Of a stretch of 64,000 nucleotides of DNA, positions 51,782 to 64,000 are shown piece after piece. The stretch is from Harriotta raleighana (lineage: Eukaryota): assembly GCA_050575255.1 (NCBI GenBank), contig JBNZDD010013632.1, positions 2,302,480-2,366,479 of the forward strand, given 5' to 3'. The stretch's first letter is position 1, and each line of letters starts with the position of its first letter. A model generated the notes under the pieces. The model did not search any database. It was not told the origin of the DNA and saw only the letters and a list, made by a program, of their open reading frames with translations. The translations under genes and the position numbers were made by a program.

Positions 51782-52695
51782 CGCTTCACAGAATATATTG
51801 TAAAGTGAGTTGACTGTATATTTGTGAACGAAACACAGCAGCCAATTGCACACAGCAGTGTCCCCCAAACAGTCGTGGATTGAAATGACCAATTCATTAT
51901 TGTTTTTTAATGAGGGATTACTACAGTAAAAGCCCGTTTTTCCGTGACTCAATGAACCGGAAAACCCATTGAACCAGAACCTCAAAAAAAAGTCCTGATT
52001 CGATAAACCAGAAGTTATCCGGCAGAATAGTGATGACACATTTAATGAATTGATTGTTGCACACGAGCACTAATACAGGTATTTGGGCTGGCTGATAGTC
52101 GAGTCTAAACTCGCTCCTACTCCTTTTAAAAGTCGCGATACTAGTGTTTTTTAAAAAGTTGCCATTTGGTTTTCTCCATAGGGTCGGCCTTTGCGAAGTT
52201 AAGTATAAATAATAAAGTACTAATACAATATTCTGTTATTGTAGTATCTGTTATTAGTGTATTTAGTCTATTATTTATATAGTATTGTTTAACATTTACA
52301 ATAAAGTAGCCATACAATATTCTGTTATTACAGTATCTGTTATTACTGTATTTACTCTATTACAGTATTTATATGGTATAGTGCACAACATTTACAATAA
52401 TATACCCATGCAATATTGTTATAATCTGTTATTATTTAGTCTATTATTAATATGGTATGTGTTAAAATAATTTTTAATTACTTTTTTTTTTAAATTGTTA
52501 AAAAAAAGTTCAACCGGAAAACCGCTTGATCGCCACTGGCCAGGTCCCGTGGGGACTGGATAAACTGACTTTTACTGTATTAGGTGTGTGAAGAAAGAGA
52601 ACTTGCCCACGATTTCATCCTGCCTGGAATTGAACCCAGGTTTCTCGCTCATAAGGCAAGTGTTCTAACAGTACTGAGCTACAGTACTCCACAAT
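51782..52695 (-). mobile_element. tRNA-derived SINE split by a MITE insertion (SINE parts 51782-51923 and 52578-52695)
   Basis: Removing the MITE restores gagggattacta-ttaggtgtgtg, colinear with 10385-10410. Confidence 0.88.
51924..52577. mobile_element. Tc1/mariner (pogo/Tigger-like) MITE with TA target duplication
   Basis: TA|CAGTAAAAGcccgtttttcc ... ggataaactgaCTTTTACTG|TA; AT-rich internal subrepeats at 52200-52470. Confidence 0.88.
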
Positions 52696-54249
52696 GTCAC
52701 CGTATCATATGTTAAACACACTTTCCTTCCTTATAACTATGATACTGATGCAGATAACCAGAAGCCAAAATGTACCAAATGACTGGTATGTTGCTGGCTC
52801 TCTGGCTGTGGAGGTTTCCCTTCTCTTCCCTCACTGGTAGATTTCAATTGATCTGACATCATTAACATGCACAGCAGCTCTAACACCAACCAGATAACAA
52901 AAAATCAAAGCCAAAACTTCAACCCAACCCAAATCCTTAGATTCATTGCCAAAAGAACTTGATGAAGATTACAAAATGGGGGTGGTCTATGTAATTGTTC
53001 TCATCACTTGGCTATGGTTACATGATTTCAATTTTCTATGTCAAGTTGTTATCAATCTGAAAAACAATTAATTAATAACCACTGCAAACTGTTACTTTAA
53101 CTATCGTAGAACTGATTGTTGAAGTTTTACTGCAATATAAGCAAACAATCATTCACAGGTTGATACTACTGTATCAAGCAGAGAGAGTACTTTAATCCCC
53201 TCACCTCAGCAAATAACAATTTGAGATTATTCACCAGCAATTGCCCCTGAAAATTATTTTGGATTGTTCAGTTTATGTAATTTGTTGGAAAACCATCTCC
53301 TGTAAAGTGCGATGCTCAAAGACAGTGTCGCAGGCACATTGAAAATTACAAAACATCTAACTCTGCTGATGTGACAAGCACCAGAATCAATTGGCCAACT
53401 GTTTTGTGTGAACTTGCACACACGTCTTAATCTTTTATGGATTACAGAGCACAGGCAGCAATAAATTGCAAAGCAATTTACTAAAACAATAAAGCGTGGT
53501 ATTTTGTATTTGGAGCACAGCAGAATTGTAGCAGGCTGAAAGCCGTCAGGGAATCATGATGCAAAGGCATGTAGAAACCATTAAATAAAGACTGAAAACA
53601 CTACCAGTTGAAGTAAAACCTGCTCAAGGCTATAGCTCAGTTTCACGCCCAATTCAGTGAATATTCAATTAGATACTCTTCGGTGAGCTGCACTGTATAT
53701 TACAAAGGGGTATGATCTGTAACTGATGACAAGTTGTAAAAATATTAGGCTTGATAAGTGCAACAAGCCAGGAATGATTCACATAGTGCTTTGAATATGC
53801 ATGTTTGTGTAAATTATTGATGATTTTCCTGACGCAGCATTTTCACAAGCCTCAGTGTTCCTTGAAATCATAAACTGAAGCCAAGAAGTTTTGATTGTCC
53901 CCTTCAACTGAATATGTAAATTAGGATTTGGAAATCATGCCTTTTATGTGCAGTGTAGTGAATCCCAAATTGTTAATAAGAATTGATGGGTATTCGTTTG
54001 ACAATCATTTACTGGGTGTTGAAGTATTACTTTAAAAAATACTCAACTTTACAGCATGTTTGATACTAAATAGAATATACTACTAATTCGTATCATTTGA
54101 TATTGTCACCAAAATAAATAAACCAGTGTTGTTCAGGCTGACAAATTCACACTTCAGGTTGAATTCTAATCTAAATCTGTTCAGACCACTGAAATGTTGT
54201 ATACATTGTAGGGTATGGTGCCTTACTGTGGGAACCTGAGCCATTGCTA

Positions 54250-54897
54250 TTGAGTTGTGTCTTCCTTAGACTTCACTAGCTTGCCCCCTCCCTTGCCTCC
54301 TTCAATACCCATCTCAAGACCCTCGTCTTCGACCGTGCCTTTGGTCACCCTCCTACCTTTACCCTCTCCTCATTGTCCTCCACTCCTCATGATCCCAACC
54401 ACCAGCTCGGATGCGGATCCCTAACTATCCAACGCCTTGGGGTATCCTCCTGACGTGAAAGGCTCTCTACAAATGTACAGTAAAAGCTTGGTTATCCAGC
54501 ACCCAACCAACTGGAACAATCAACCAATCAGTATCTCCCAATACAATTCACCATTCCAGCAACGTAGCCATCCTGGACACTCGTGGTATGCTCACTTTCC
54601 GCATGCGTGTGCATGCGTGTGTTGGTGCACTTATTAAACTTACCGAACGCTGGAATTTTTATTTTACCAATCATTTTACCGAGTGTGCTGCAATGCTTTA
54701 TTGGTAAGTATCCATATAATAGTCTGTTATTATTTAGTCTATTATTAATATGGTATGTTTTAAAATAAGTTAATTTTTTGTGTAGGATTTTCGTCAAACT
54801 TGCCGCTCAAATATCCGGCATATTTAATTAACCGGCACCGGTCAGGTCCCGAGGGTGCTGGATAACCTAAGCTTTTAATGTACTTTGTTGTTATTGA
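54250..54897 (+). mobile_element. L2 3' fragment whose tail is split by a MITE
   Basis: ctcaagaccctcgtcttcgacc..gtgaaaggctctctacaaatgta|MITE|ctttgttgttattg. Confidence 0.8.
54478..54880. mobile_element. Tc1/mariner MITE, same family as 51924-52577
   Basis: TA|cagtaaaagcttggttatccagcaccc ... gggtgctggataacctaagcttttaatg|TA (TIR about 27 bp). Shares tctgttattatttagtctattattaatatggtatgt with the other copy. Confidence 0.9.
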
Positions 54898-55693
54898 TAT
54901 TCACAAACTAGAAGTTATAATCAATGTTCAGTCTTATTTGTAAACTTTGTATAATCTGTATGCAACTTTTGTATGCAACTTTTGGCCTTAAATTTTTTTT
55001 ATTGCAATGTGCGACTCTAGAATCTATAAACAATGCAAATTTAAACAATAAATTAAATGGCCAACCTTGTCAATTTTGCAGATGTCAGACGACTAACCGT
55101 TCTACTGATGAAGGCAAATTGAATACCTTCTTTAACTGCCGAGTTCAGCCAGCAGAAAAATCAAAGCACTGTCGGTAAAATAGCTTACTTAACCTTCTGA
55201 TTCTTCATTCTAAATACTGATAATTTTTTTTATTCCAGCCTTGTTAAATATCTTCATTATAAACATGTAGAAATTGGGGGAAATCATTTCTACACTTGCA
55301 AAGTGTAGAATAGCAAATAGGCTGAGTTCACATATTGGATTTCTCTCATACTGTGTGGGAAAACACTTCTGTAATATGATTTATAAAATACTGAGATCTA
55401 ATCAATAATCTGTAGCCTGCCAAAATATCATTTTTCATTTAGATCCATTAAAATGCATGAAAATGAAGAAACATTGACTTTTAGCGTGACTTTTGCAATC
55501 CCATAATGTATAGTTCAAGATAGCAAACTAACTTTTTTCAGGGTTTCTGCTATAATCTCATTGTCTTGCTAAAAGCAATTTTGAAAGTATTCTTAGAGTG
55601 GTGTGAAATGTCTGGCAATAACTGGTATTGGCAAACAAACTCCAAAATGAGTGAATTTTGAGTAGCTTAATGGTAGAGACTGTAGAAACTCAC

Positions 55694-55825
55694 CCGCATT
55701 GGAATTCAGTTCTTCATTCTCAGACTCTGTGCCATTTTGAGTACCATTACCATGAAGATTATTCATTGCTGCAAGTCTCAGCTTTTGCAACTTCATCGCT
55801 TCAGCCATGGCTGCTGCAGTTAAAC
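55694..55825 (-). CDS. DACH2: DACH2 exon, 132 nt, phase 1-1: (G)LTAAAMAEAMKLQKLRLAAMNNLHGNGTQNGTESENEELNSNA(G)
   Basis: Acceptor ttgtttgccag|GT, donor G|gtgagt. Lacks the poly-Ala run recalled for DACH1, so DACH2-like. Confidence 0.95.
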
Positions 55826-56974
55826 CTGGCAAACAAGTGATGAAAACAAGGTCACTTGTAAAAGATGATGGTTCAGTTATTAGAATTGTCTTTACCTAAG
55901 GTTAAAGATTATTAAATAATTTTCAAAGCACTGTGGCAGGATTGTCCAATTTAAGACTTAATATTTAAAATGTTTGCTTCACCACTGCACTCCCACATTG
56001 AAGACCCAAGTTCAAATACCATTCTTGACTAATATTTATATTCAGGTTTCTTATAAAGGGCAAGTATCATTTTGGGGAGATTGTCCAGAGGAGTTGGCTA
56101 AAAATATTTTGGATTAGGGTTTCTACGTTTGTTAATTGATGGGAGGAATATTCTTGATGGTGACCTTGAAGTTTTCTGACCATTAGCTGGACTGTTGCAC
56201 CACCACAACTGAGTTGAGAGGACATAAATTGGCAAAACAATTTCAAATGTTGTGTAAAATGTTCATCGTTTCTAATGCATACTGAACATATTCTACTTCA
56301 ATTGGCCAATGGGAACGCCACTGTACTTTGGAGGATCCTGAAGGTATATGCGTAGACAAATAAAACTAGCATAAAGCTATAAAATGATTCTTTTCATTTG
56401 AGAAGACATGCTTGCTTGCAGTGAATATCGCTGTGATATTGATGATCATACAATATAGTGTAAGGGAAAGCAATGACAATCTGCAATGTGACTGGCAGAT
56501 AATTATTTGATGGTACATGTGAACAAATACGCAATTTGCAACACTCAAATTCTATCAGATGACTATGAAGAAGAATGAAATATCATATTTTATTTCTCCC
56601 CTGGATGACAAAACAATAAGGAATTGAAAATGCTCTTCCAATTACAGATTTTTAAATTGCCTCTCAAAAAAAAGGCTTAATGGTATTTTTCTCATTTGAA
56701 AACTAATAAAATAGCTCTCAAATAACCAGCACAATCCCCAAGATGTCTATGACAAACATTTCTCATTCAAAGGTTAGCAAAAAAAGTCAGTCAATAGTTC
56801 TGTTCAAAGTGATCAAATTTGCTTGGAAAATGATAAATCAACACCTGCAGCATACTTTATTCTATTCTTTAATATCTTGGGAGTCTTCTGAAAATGAATA
56901 TTTATTGTTAGTATGTCCAGAGGGTAACAAAATGTACATTTGTAAAGCTAATATTTAAGGTAATTAATCATTGC

Positions 56975-57090
56975 AATAGTGGTTGAGACTCAAGTTTAAA
57001 AAGCTGCTTGATGCTGTGATAGATAGAAGCTAGGATAGGAGAAAGGGATCAGGTAGGCTGAAGGACTTTCTTCATCCCAACTAATATTGT
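56975..57090 (+). mobile_element. CR1 3' end remnant
   Basis: gtggttgagac and tgatgctgt resemble 13030-13095. Confidence 0.45.
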
Positions 57091-60000
57091 AAAATGTAGT
57101 CCTAAACTTAAATTTATTACTTTCAACTTGGATTTATCTGGATGATTCTTCAGTCTCTCAAAATGTGTTGTATAACCATAAATGCTTCAACCTTAGGGCA
57201 CTGGGATTGATCAATGTTTTGCATCACTGTATATATAACTTCCCTCTTAATTTGATCACATCTCTGTGAAAAACTGTGTAAAACATTGCCACAACATGCT
57301 AAGCCATCAGAGGAACTGACGTTTCTGTCTTAATGTTTTACATATCTAAGTCCTGACAGATATGTAGGTCTTTGCCAAGATGTATTTTCTTTGATTTGGA
57401 TTTCTACAGACTGACGCTGAAAAGAATATTTTAACTGTTCCATCACCTTAGTCTGTTTTAATCATTGATTCAGTCAAACCAGAAGACATTTGGTATAAAT
57501 TTATACTTTACAGAAAGGTGATTAGATTTCTCAAATGCATTGTACGAGAGAGAGTTTGCAAGCATTGCCTCTACAATGCCTTCATGGTAGTCGTGCAAGT
57601 TCCTGATGTACTCTCAACCACTATGTACTGTACAAATACTGTTACACCTGACAGTAAAGTGAGCAAGGCAATATAACAACATTCCTCCAGCTCCCACAAA
57701 ACTGATTAACTTATGTCTCGTTCTGGATTCACTTATCTTTACCACTCTTCTATTTACAATTGCCATGGCACATAACATGTTCAGCGGTGGCAGTGTGATC
57801 AAAACGAAGCATAAGTACATGGAACAGAACCAGTGGGTTCTTCTAATACGTCTGCAAATGGGCAATGAATGTGGCAGTATAAGGTAAGTAAAATGGGAGG
57901 AAATCCATTTCAGTCACATTGAGGATGATGTATTAAAGTGTACTATAGAGCCTGGTGCACTAAATGTTAAGAACTAAATAATTGAAGTACACTTGATGTT
58001 TGGGATGGGGATTTACACTTTTTTAAAAAAATACATAGATCAGACATTCTTTAGAGCAGTTGTTAATGCAAAGTGGTTTTGTTGAGATTGGATTTTTGCC
58101 TGGATCAGGTGAGCAGCTGCCCGACTTTGAAGTTTCAATTATTATGTTGTTTTGTGCAGAGATCCATATAATGTAATTAAATCAATACCATCTCTTTTAC
58201 ATTACGTGTTTGTTTTTGTATGTTACTGTTTAAGTGTTAATGGGCTTGGTCTGATGTGACATGATTAACATTTGTTTAAATGAAGACACAAATGCTATTC
58301 ATTTTAAAATGGACACGAGCAGTATCCAAGCAGTAATAACATTGGCTTACTAAGTAGAAGACCATAGCTTTAGTTTCCAATGCTGAAAACTGGAAGTGCA
58401 CTCAACAATTTTGATGAGGTTTATTGGCCTTATTCATAGTTGGGGATTTTAGCTTGGGAGAAGTAAAGCAATCTCTCACTCTGTTGGCCACACACGTCAG
58501 TTAGAAGATTATCAGAGATTTATTACTGCTGGTAAAGACATCTTCAGTTTGTACCTTTGAAGGGGAAGAGCAGGCAAATATTTTTTTTTTTAAAAAGAGT
58601 AAAATAGGAGATCTGAACATAATTAATGTAAATTAAATAAGATTTCAGAGCATGAATAGTAATAGTTCCTTTAATCCCGTACCAGTGGACCAAAAGTGGA
58701 GCAGCAAACATCTACTCACTGCTTTACCGTTTCCAGTGCAGATCTTTACAATGTTCTCCCCAATAGTTATATTTCTTCCACTATTCACTGTTTTCCAAGA
58801 ATTGGTTCAGTATTAAATAGATTTCTATGATAAATCATAGGCATATATTTGAAATGCATGTGTAAAATCATTGCACATATGAAACAAATGTATTTCAAAA
58901 CTTAATTGTACTACTACTCAAAGAGTTAAGCTTATCCATGTTGACAACACATTTGGACTACCACTAAGTTGTGTGATCTTCAATCCCTCTGGTCTATGTA
59001 ATAGTACACTTGCCTTTCCGTGTATTAACATCTATTTTAATTCTCAACCTATAATAGCAGATGGTTGAGAATGCATTACAAAGATGTATGTGGCCGTTGG
59101 AGACTACATAAACCTCACTAATTCATTTCCCTGCCAGCCATTATTTTTTTTCCCTTCTCTTTCTTAAAGTACATCTGGCATTATGCCAGATTGAAGAATA
59201 TGAGAAGTTAGCAGAAAATGCAAAACAATAATATCTGGTGTTAGAAAGGTAAAATTACAGGGAAATTCAGTTATGTTCTGGAGTCATAAAATGAAATGTG
59301 TAACGGAAGTATCAGAAGTTGGTCTTGACCCGTTTGCAGAAAATCTTGTAGAAAATGCAGAGATAAGGCAAGGAGAAGGTCAAACGTTTACAGAATAAGA
59401 ACACTACCATCGTTTTCAATAATTTAAGATCTAAGGTTGCTCGTGATGACACTGCAGCTTTCACAAAGGACTGCACATTACTGCTGGCAGAGGTGTAGGT
59501 GTGTGTTCCATTTCTTCACGCTTTGAAAATATTATTGAGCATGTCGAAACACCATTTCCTGATTTTTGTTGGGAGTTACAATGATTACTTTTATTTCAGA
59601 GGGGGAGGGTTGAATTTTGCGGTCATCAGACATCAATGCATGTCATGTGTTGAAGAATGAAATTTTGCTTTTTCTGCATCTTGTGCCAGTATCCCAGGTC
59701 AGCGATAATACAGCTATATGGAGTGCTGAATTCCCTTTACTCTACAGAAGTGCCCCTTCGCTTCAGTCTCACAAGTGCAATCCCCTTCTGGCCCAGTGTG
59801 AGTGCTTTCTCTTCCCACATCACTCATTCTTACAGCTGATGTGCCTGAAGACAGTTTGTGCCAATTCACTGCCTTTCCTAAAACTGTTTTGCTCTACGGT
59901 AAGAATTGGATTGATGTCCCCAGCTAGCCTGAGTAAGATTTGAATTAATGTCCCAGAAAGAAAAAGAATGTGGTCTGTTCATATCACCCATTCCATTGGA

Positions 60001-60999
60001 TATTGCTCCAGAGTACAGCGAACAATATCCAAGGACATGTTTTAAAAGTTCAAATAGTTTGCCAAATTATTAAATATAAGTATTATCTGACTTTCCCTTC
60101 CAGTGAAAATGTCCTACTACATTATCACCTCAGATACATGTTATCAGTGTAAGATTTTAATTGTAATTTTTTTTAAAATCAGCTGAGTCAATTAGAAGCA
60201 AATGTTTGCTTCTTTTTCCATTTCCCCAGCAATTTTTTTTAAGCCTCCAGTGCCTTACCGTCTTGGCTTTTATGGTGTATCTGTGGGATTCAACGTTAAG
60301 TTATTGCATTTCTGAACTATCACGTCGCCAGTTTTTATTTCTGTATGAGTTATTACTACATTGCTTGCTGACAGATGTGTACAGGCACAGTAACAATGCT
60401 TTATCACATTTTATAGGTCTGATTGAGCATCTACTGCAACCAGTAGCACATTGTCCTAGCTAAAGTTGGATACATTCCAACTAAGCCTTAACTCAGACCA
60501 GTGAATGTAGTGATTAGAAGACCATATTGAATGATCTGAAATTTTTACCAGATCCATCACATTTGCAAGTGCAGGGTATCTTTTTAGCTGATTCTTCTAT
60601 TCACTCAAATACAGCTGAGGAAAAAGATCTACACATGCTTGATAGATCACACTGTTGAAATGAGCTGTTTGAAGCTCCGATACAAAGCTTCATGTCTTGC
60701 TTCAATCATTCACAATTCATTTTCATTAATTTAGTGAAAACAATTAGCTAATAGCCTGAGCTAGATTTACTGATCTTTACTGACCTACTTAAAATATTTG
60801 GTAGATATAAGAGAACAACTTTCATATGTGCATAAGAACATTTCAAGGAAGGCAAACGTGTCCTTTCCCAACAACTGCATGAACCCACTTTGGTAGAAGT
60901 CTACATTTCTTCTCATTTTGGATGTTGATGCTGAGGAAATTGTGTTCAATTGTTACTGCTTTAGTCTGGTTAAATGCCTCGTTGACAAATGAGATTTTG

Positions 61000-61205
61000 T
61001 AGCGAGGTCCATTTTCGCTGTTCAGGTGGACATCAAATATTCCATTGCCATTTGAGTTTCTCCAGGTGTCCTGACCAGCTACTACTAGTCTGTCACTTCA
61101 TTGTTGTTTTTGTGGACTATTGCTGTATGCAAAACGGCTGTTGTTTGCAAACAAAATATATTGCACTTTACATAAAATTTGTGAAACGCATTGAGACATT
61201 TGATG
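61000..61205 (+). mobile_element. Decayed Deu-domain SINE
   Basis: cgaggtcc..ttcaggtggacatcaaat..tttctccaggtgtcctgacca..cacttcattgttg parallels 24530-24810. Confidence 0.65.
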
Positions 61206-62289
61206 TTGCATGTTATATGCTGCATCATTAATTTAGCATTTTATGCTTGATTTAACACTGGGAAAGTACTGCGGAAATTGTTAAAGGATTGTTTTGATTC
61301 TGAATTCTGACTCATTCAACTCGCTGCACTACTTTTATTTAGTCAGTTGGTTCCCACCAGTTCCTGTTTAGTCACAGCTACAGCTTGTTTGATGTTCACA
61401 CCAAATTAGATCGTTCACTCGGGCTAGATTTGCTCACTTCCTTTTGGTCACATGCAGAAAATCGTGTCTTCGAAATGTGACAATGTTTACCCCTCCTGAT
61501 CCACATCGTGCTATTCAGTTTGTCAAGTTTCCAGGGCGAAAATGCTTGAATGTTGAGCAATGATATATCCCAATATATAATTCCAATTTATCAGCTGTTC
61601 CTCTTAACCTCTGGAACCTGTTTTTGACTCCAATCCAGACAACTGGAGTGAAACCTCTGTGATGGTTGTAAAGGATTCTGAGTGAACAGGGTTTGAACTA
61701 TACAGGACAATTGTAATTTTGTTGTTGTTAAGCAGCCTCAATACTTTGTAATTTCGCAGAAATTGGAAAGACCATTAGCAAAAATGGAATGAGAAAGAAC
61801 ACACTGGGGGAGTTGAAGGGATAGAGTTTTTGGAATTTCGGATTGAAACATATTGCAGTACCAATGCAGAATGAACTGTACACTACAGTTTTCCACAAAC
61901 TGATCTCTGAGCACTAACAGAATGCAAAGTGCGTGTGTGTGGGGTAGGCAAGAGAGAGAGAAATCATAATTCCCTGACTATCATTTTTCACTGTGATGAA
62001 GTGTGGTAAAATTATTCCAAAAAATCAATTGTCTTAAGTTTCTGTTTGAAGATTGAGGGGAGATTTAGCTGATGGCCAGAAATGAGGGGAAAAATAGCTC
62101 ATTGAGAATTGCCTTATTACTGTGAAAATTGTCAAAATCAATCATGTCATTAGTCAGCAATGTAGCCTTGCGAAATACAGCAGTCTCTCCCAAAACAGAC
62201 CATCATCTTACACAATTCTCTTAATCCTTTGAAGACTTGAGGCATTTATCGCTTTTGTAAAGCAAAATTCTATGACACCATGGTATGTT

Positions 62290-62447
62290 TAAGACCCTCC
62301 TCTTTGACTGTATCTTCAGCCAAGCTATCATCCCTGCACTTCACTGCTCCTGATCACAACCCCTGCTCGAGTCCAAATCACTGACTGTCCAGATCCTTAC
62401 GACGTCCTCCCATCATAAAAAGAGCTATTCAAATGTAATTTGTTGCT
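62290..62447 (+). mobile_element. L2 3' fragment
   Basis: aagaccctcctctttgactg..gacgtcctccc..gagctattcaaatgtaatttgttg. Confidence 0.75.
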
Positions 62448-62635
62448 CTACTATTTTTATGAATGTGTTACTAGAAAATGCTGGAAAACACTATCCAAGA
62501 CAGTGAGCATGACCACATACATGAGGCAATTCTTACTACCTTTTACTAGGATGCTAATTGGTGAAGCCATCCTCATAGCAGAATATTTTGAACCATTTGA
62601 CTTGAGAAATTAATGTGAGTGAGCTGTTGTGTCAT

Positions 62636-62875
62636 TGGCGAAACCTTGGGAAAGTTTCCTTACTCCATCGGCCTAATAATAATCCCTCAAAAAAACAATA
62701 AGAAATTGGTAATTTCAATCTGTGACTGTTTGTGACACTGCTGTGCACAATTGGCTGCCGCATTTTCGCCCACAAATATACAGTCAATTCACTTTACAAT
62801 ATATTCTGTTAAGCACTTTGAGACATCTAGAAAACATGAAAAGTGCTATATCAAATGCAAACATTATTATTATTG
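62636..62875 (+). mobile_element. 5'-truncated tRNA-SINE
   Basis: Colinear with 23298-23540. Confidence 0.9.
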
Positions 62876-63389
62876 ATAGCACTAATATCTTATCTTTATA
62901 TTTTTAGTTTTAACTTGCACAGAATAAACATAATCGTGAGACAGCACAAGCCGACAATATGTAATTCATGTGATCTAAGTCGAGTTTCTGTATATTACAT
63001 GGTAATTGTATTTCAACAAGCACACTGATTCAATGATTGTCCAGAAAACTTAGCTCAAACAATACCTTGGCTTTGAAATATTGCAAACTGTTGCTAAGTT
63101 ATAGGCTTTTTAATCCTCAGAACAATCATTTGGCCGATATTAATTCAAATGATTGTATCTAAGTTAATTTATCAGAGCTGCCTGGCAAACGTATTGAAAT
63201 TGTTCACGAAATCTGATAAATTCAAATGTACCCAGTTATTCATTTATCATATAGATTTCATCAGCTTGAAAGCTACGATCGGAAAAATGAACATTAGGCT
63301 AAAAAAACATGCATACTAATCCTGGCTCATTGCTCAACATCTGATTTGCAGCTGACCTAAAGAAATAGTCCTGTGAGTCGATAGGAACA

Positions 63390-63495
63390 TTATAATATTA
63401 ATAATAATTCTTGCATTTGATATAGAGCCTTATCATGTCATTGAGACATCTCAAGTCGATCTACAGAATATAGTGTGAAGCGGATTGACTGTACA
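63390..63495 (-). mobile_element. SINE 3' tail fragment
   Basis: ataataattcttgcatttgatatagagc.. matches 8717-8820. Confidence 0.8.
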
Positions 63496-64000
63496 ACTTG
63501 GTGGTTTTCTAAAAGAGAACAAGAGGAAAGTCCCAAATTATAATCTGAATCTGTAACTGAACTCTGGATGCTCCAATGTAACAAAATTTGGAAATCTTAA
63601 AATGACAAATTTTTCATTGTCTGTACTTTTGTATGTTAGTGAGAACGACTTTCTGACCAAACACAAATGAAAATGGGTTTGTTCAGACAAGCTAATTATT
63701 AAAACTGAAAGGAAGAGCAAATATTTACAATCATGTATTTCTATGAATTCAAATTTATTAAACGCATCAAAGTTGTGTAAGAATGGACACAAATGCTGGA
63801 TGTTGAACCTCACTCACTGTGTATCATACTTTGCTGAGACTGCTCTCAAGAATGACAAAATATTATATCAGAAACTTTGGATGTTTTATGAAATTAGATA
63901 TTGTTCAAATAGCCTTGCAATCATAAGACATTTCAGCAAATAAACAACTTGTATACACTATTGGAAGAAAATGGAAAAATAGACTTTCATTCTCAGGATT

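Larger units (their letters stand above)
3196..55825 (-). other. DACH2: Dachshund family transcription factor gene, partial (9 internal coding exons; 5' exons and terminal exon not located in window)
   Basis: Exons of 132, 156, 173, 136, 81, 146, 148, 144 and 66 nt all have AG/GT boundaries and compatible phases, giving a continuous stop-free frame. DACH2-type motifs: AMAEAMKLQK, QNGTES, GSESSWDK, HSPLSRAG, QEKQIQQEKKEL, FESKRREQVEQAL. Confidence 0.92.

Noticed and set aside
52200-52470. Repeat-spacer-like array
   Set aside because: Degenerate AT-rich subrepeats inside a MITE in vertebrate DNA; not CRISPR.
55288-55310. 10-bp-arm hairpin ttctacactt-gca-aagtgtagaa; similar short inverted repeats near 2692-2728 and 59041-59071
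   Set aside because: Short enough to be chance or minor template-switch events in 64 kb of AT-rich DNA.

Overview
Vertebrate genomic DNA, about 36-38% GC by eye. The repeat content (Deu-type tRNA SINEs, L2 and CR1 LINE ends, a Penelope-type palindrome) points to a cartilaginous fish, probably a chimaera (inference). The whole window lies inside a minus-strand Dachshund gene, best matching DACH2. Nine GT-AG exons (55825 down to 3196) splice in phase into one open 1182-nt frame covering the central region and the DACHbox-C coiled coil. Four of these exons are missing from, or out of frame in, the ORF track. The N-terminal DACHbox-N exons and the stop-codon exon were not found and probably lie outside the window. 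Almost all other listed ORFs are spurious. The most notable intronic items are: a TSD-flanked 1.1-kb composite non-autonomous retroposon (CpG-rich head, microsatellite, SINE body, L2 tail); an adjacent palindrome carrying two divergent hammerhead-ribozyme cores; a perfect 37-bp hairpin; and four nested TE insertions. Two duplications around single N bases look like assembly artefacts. All family and paralogue assignments come from recalled sequences, not from a database search.
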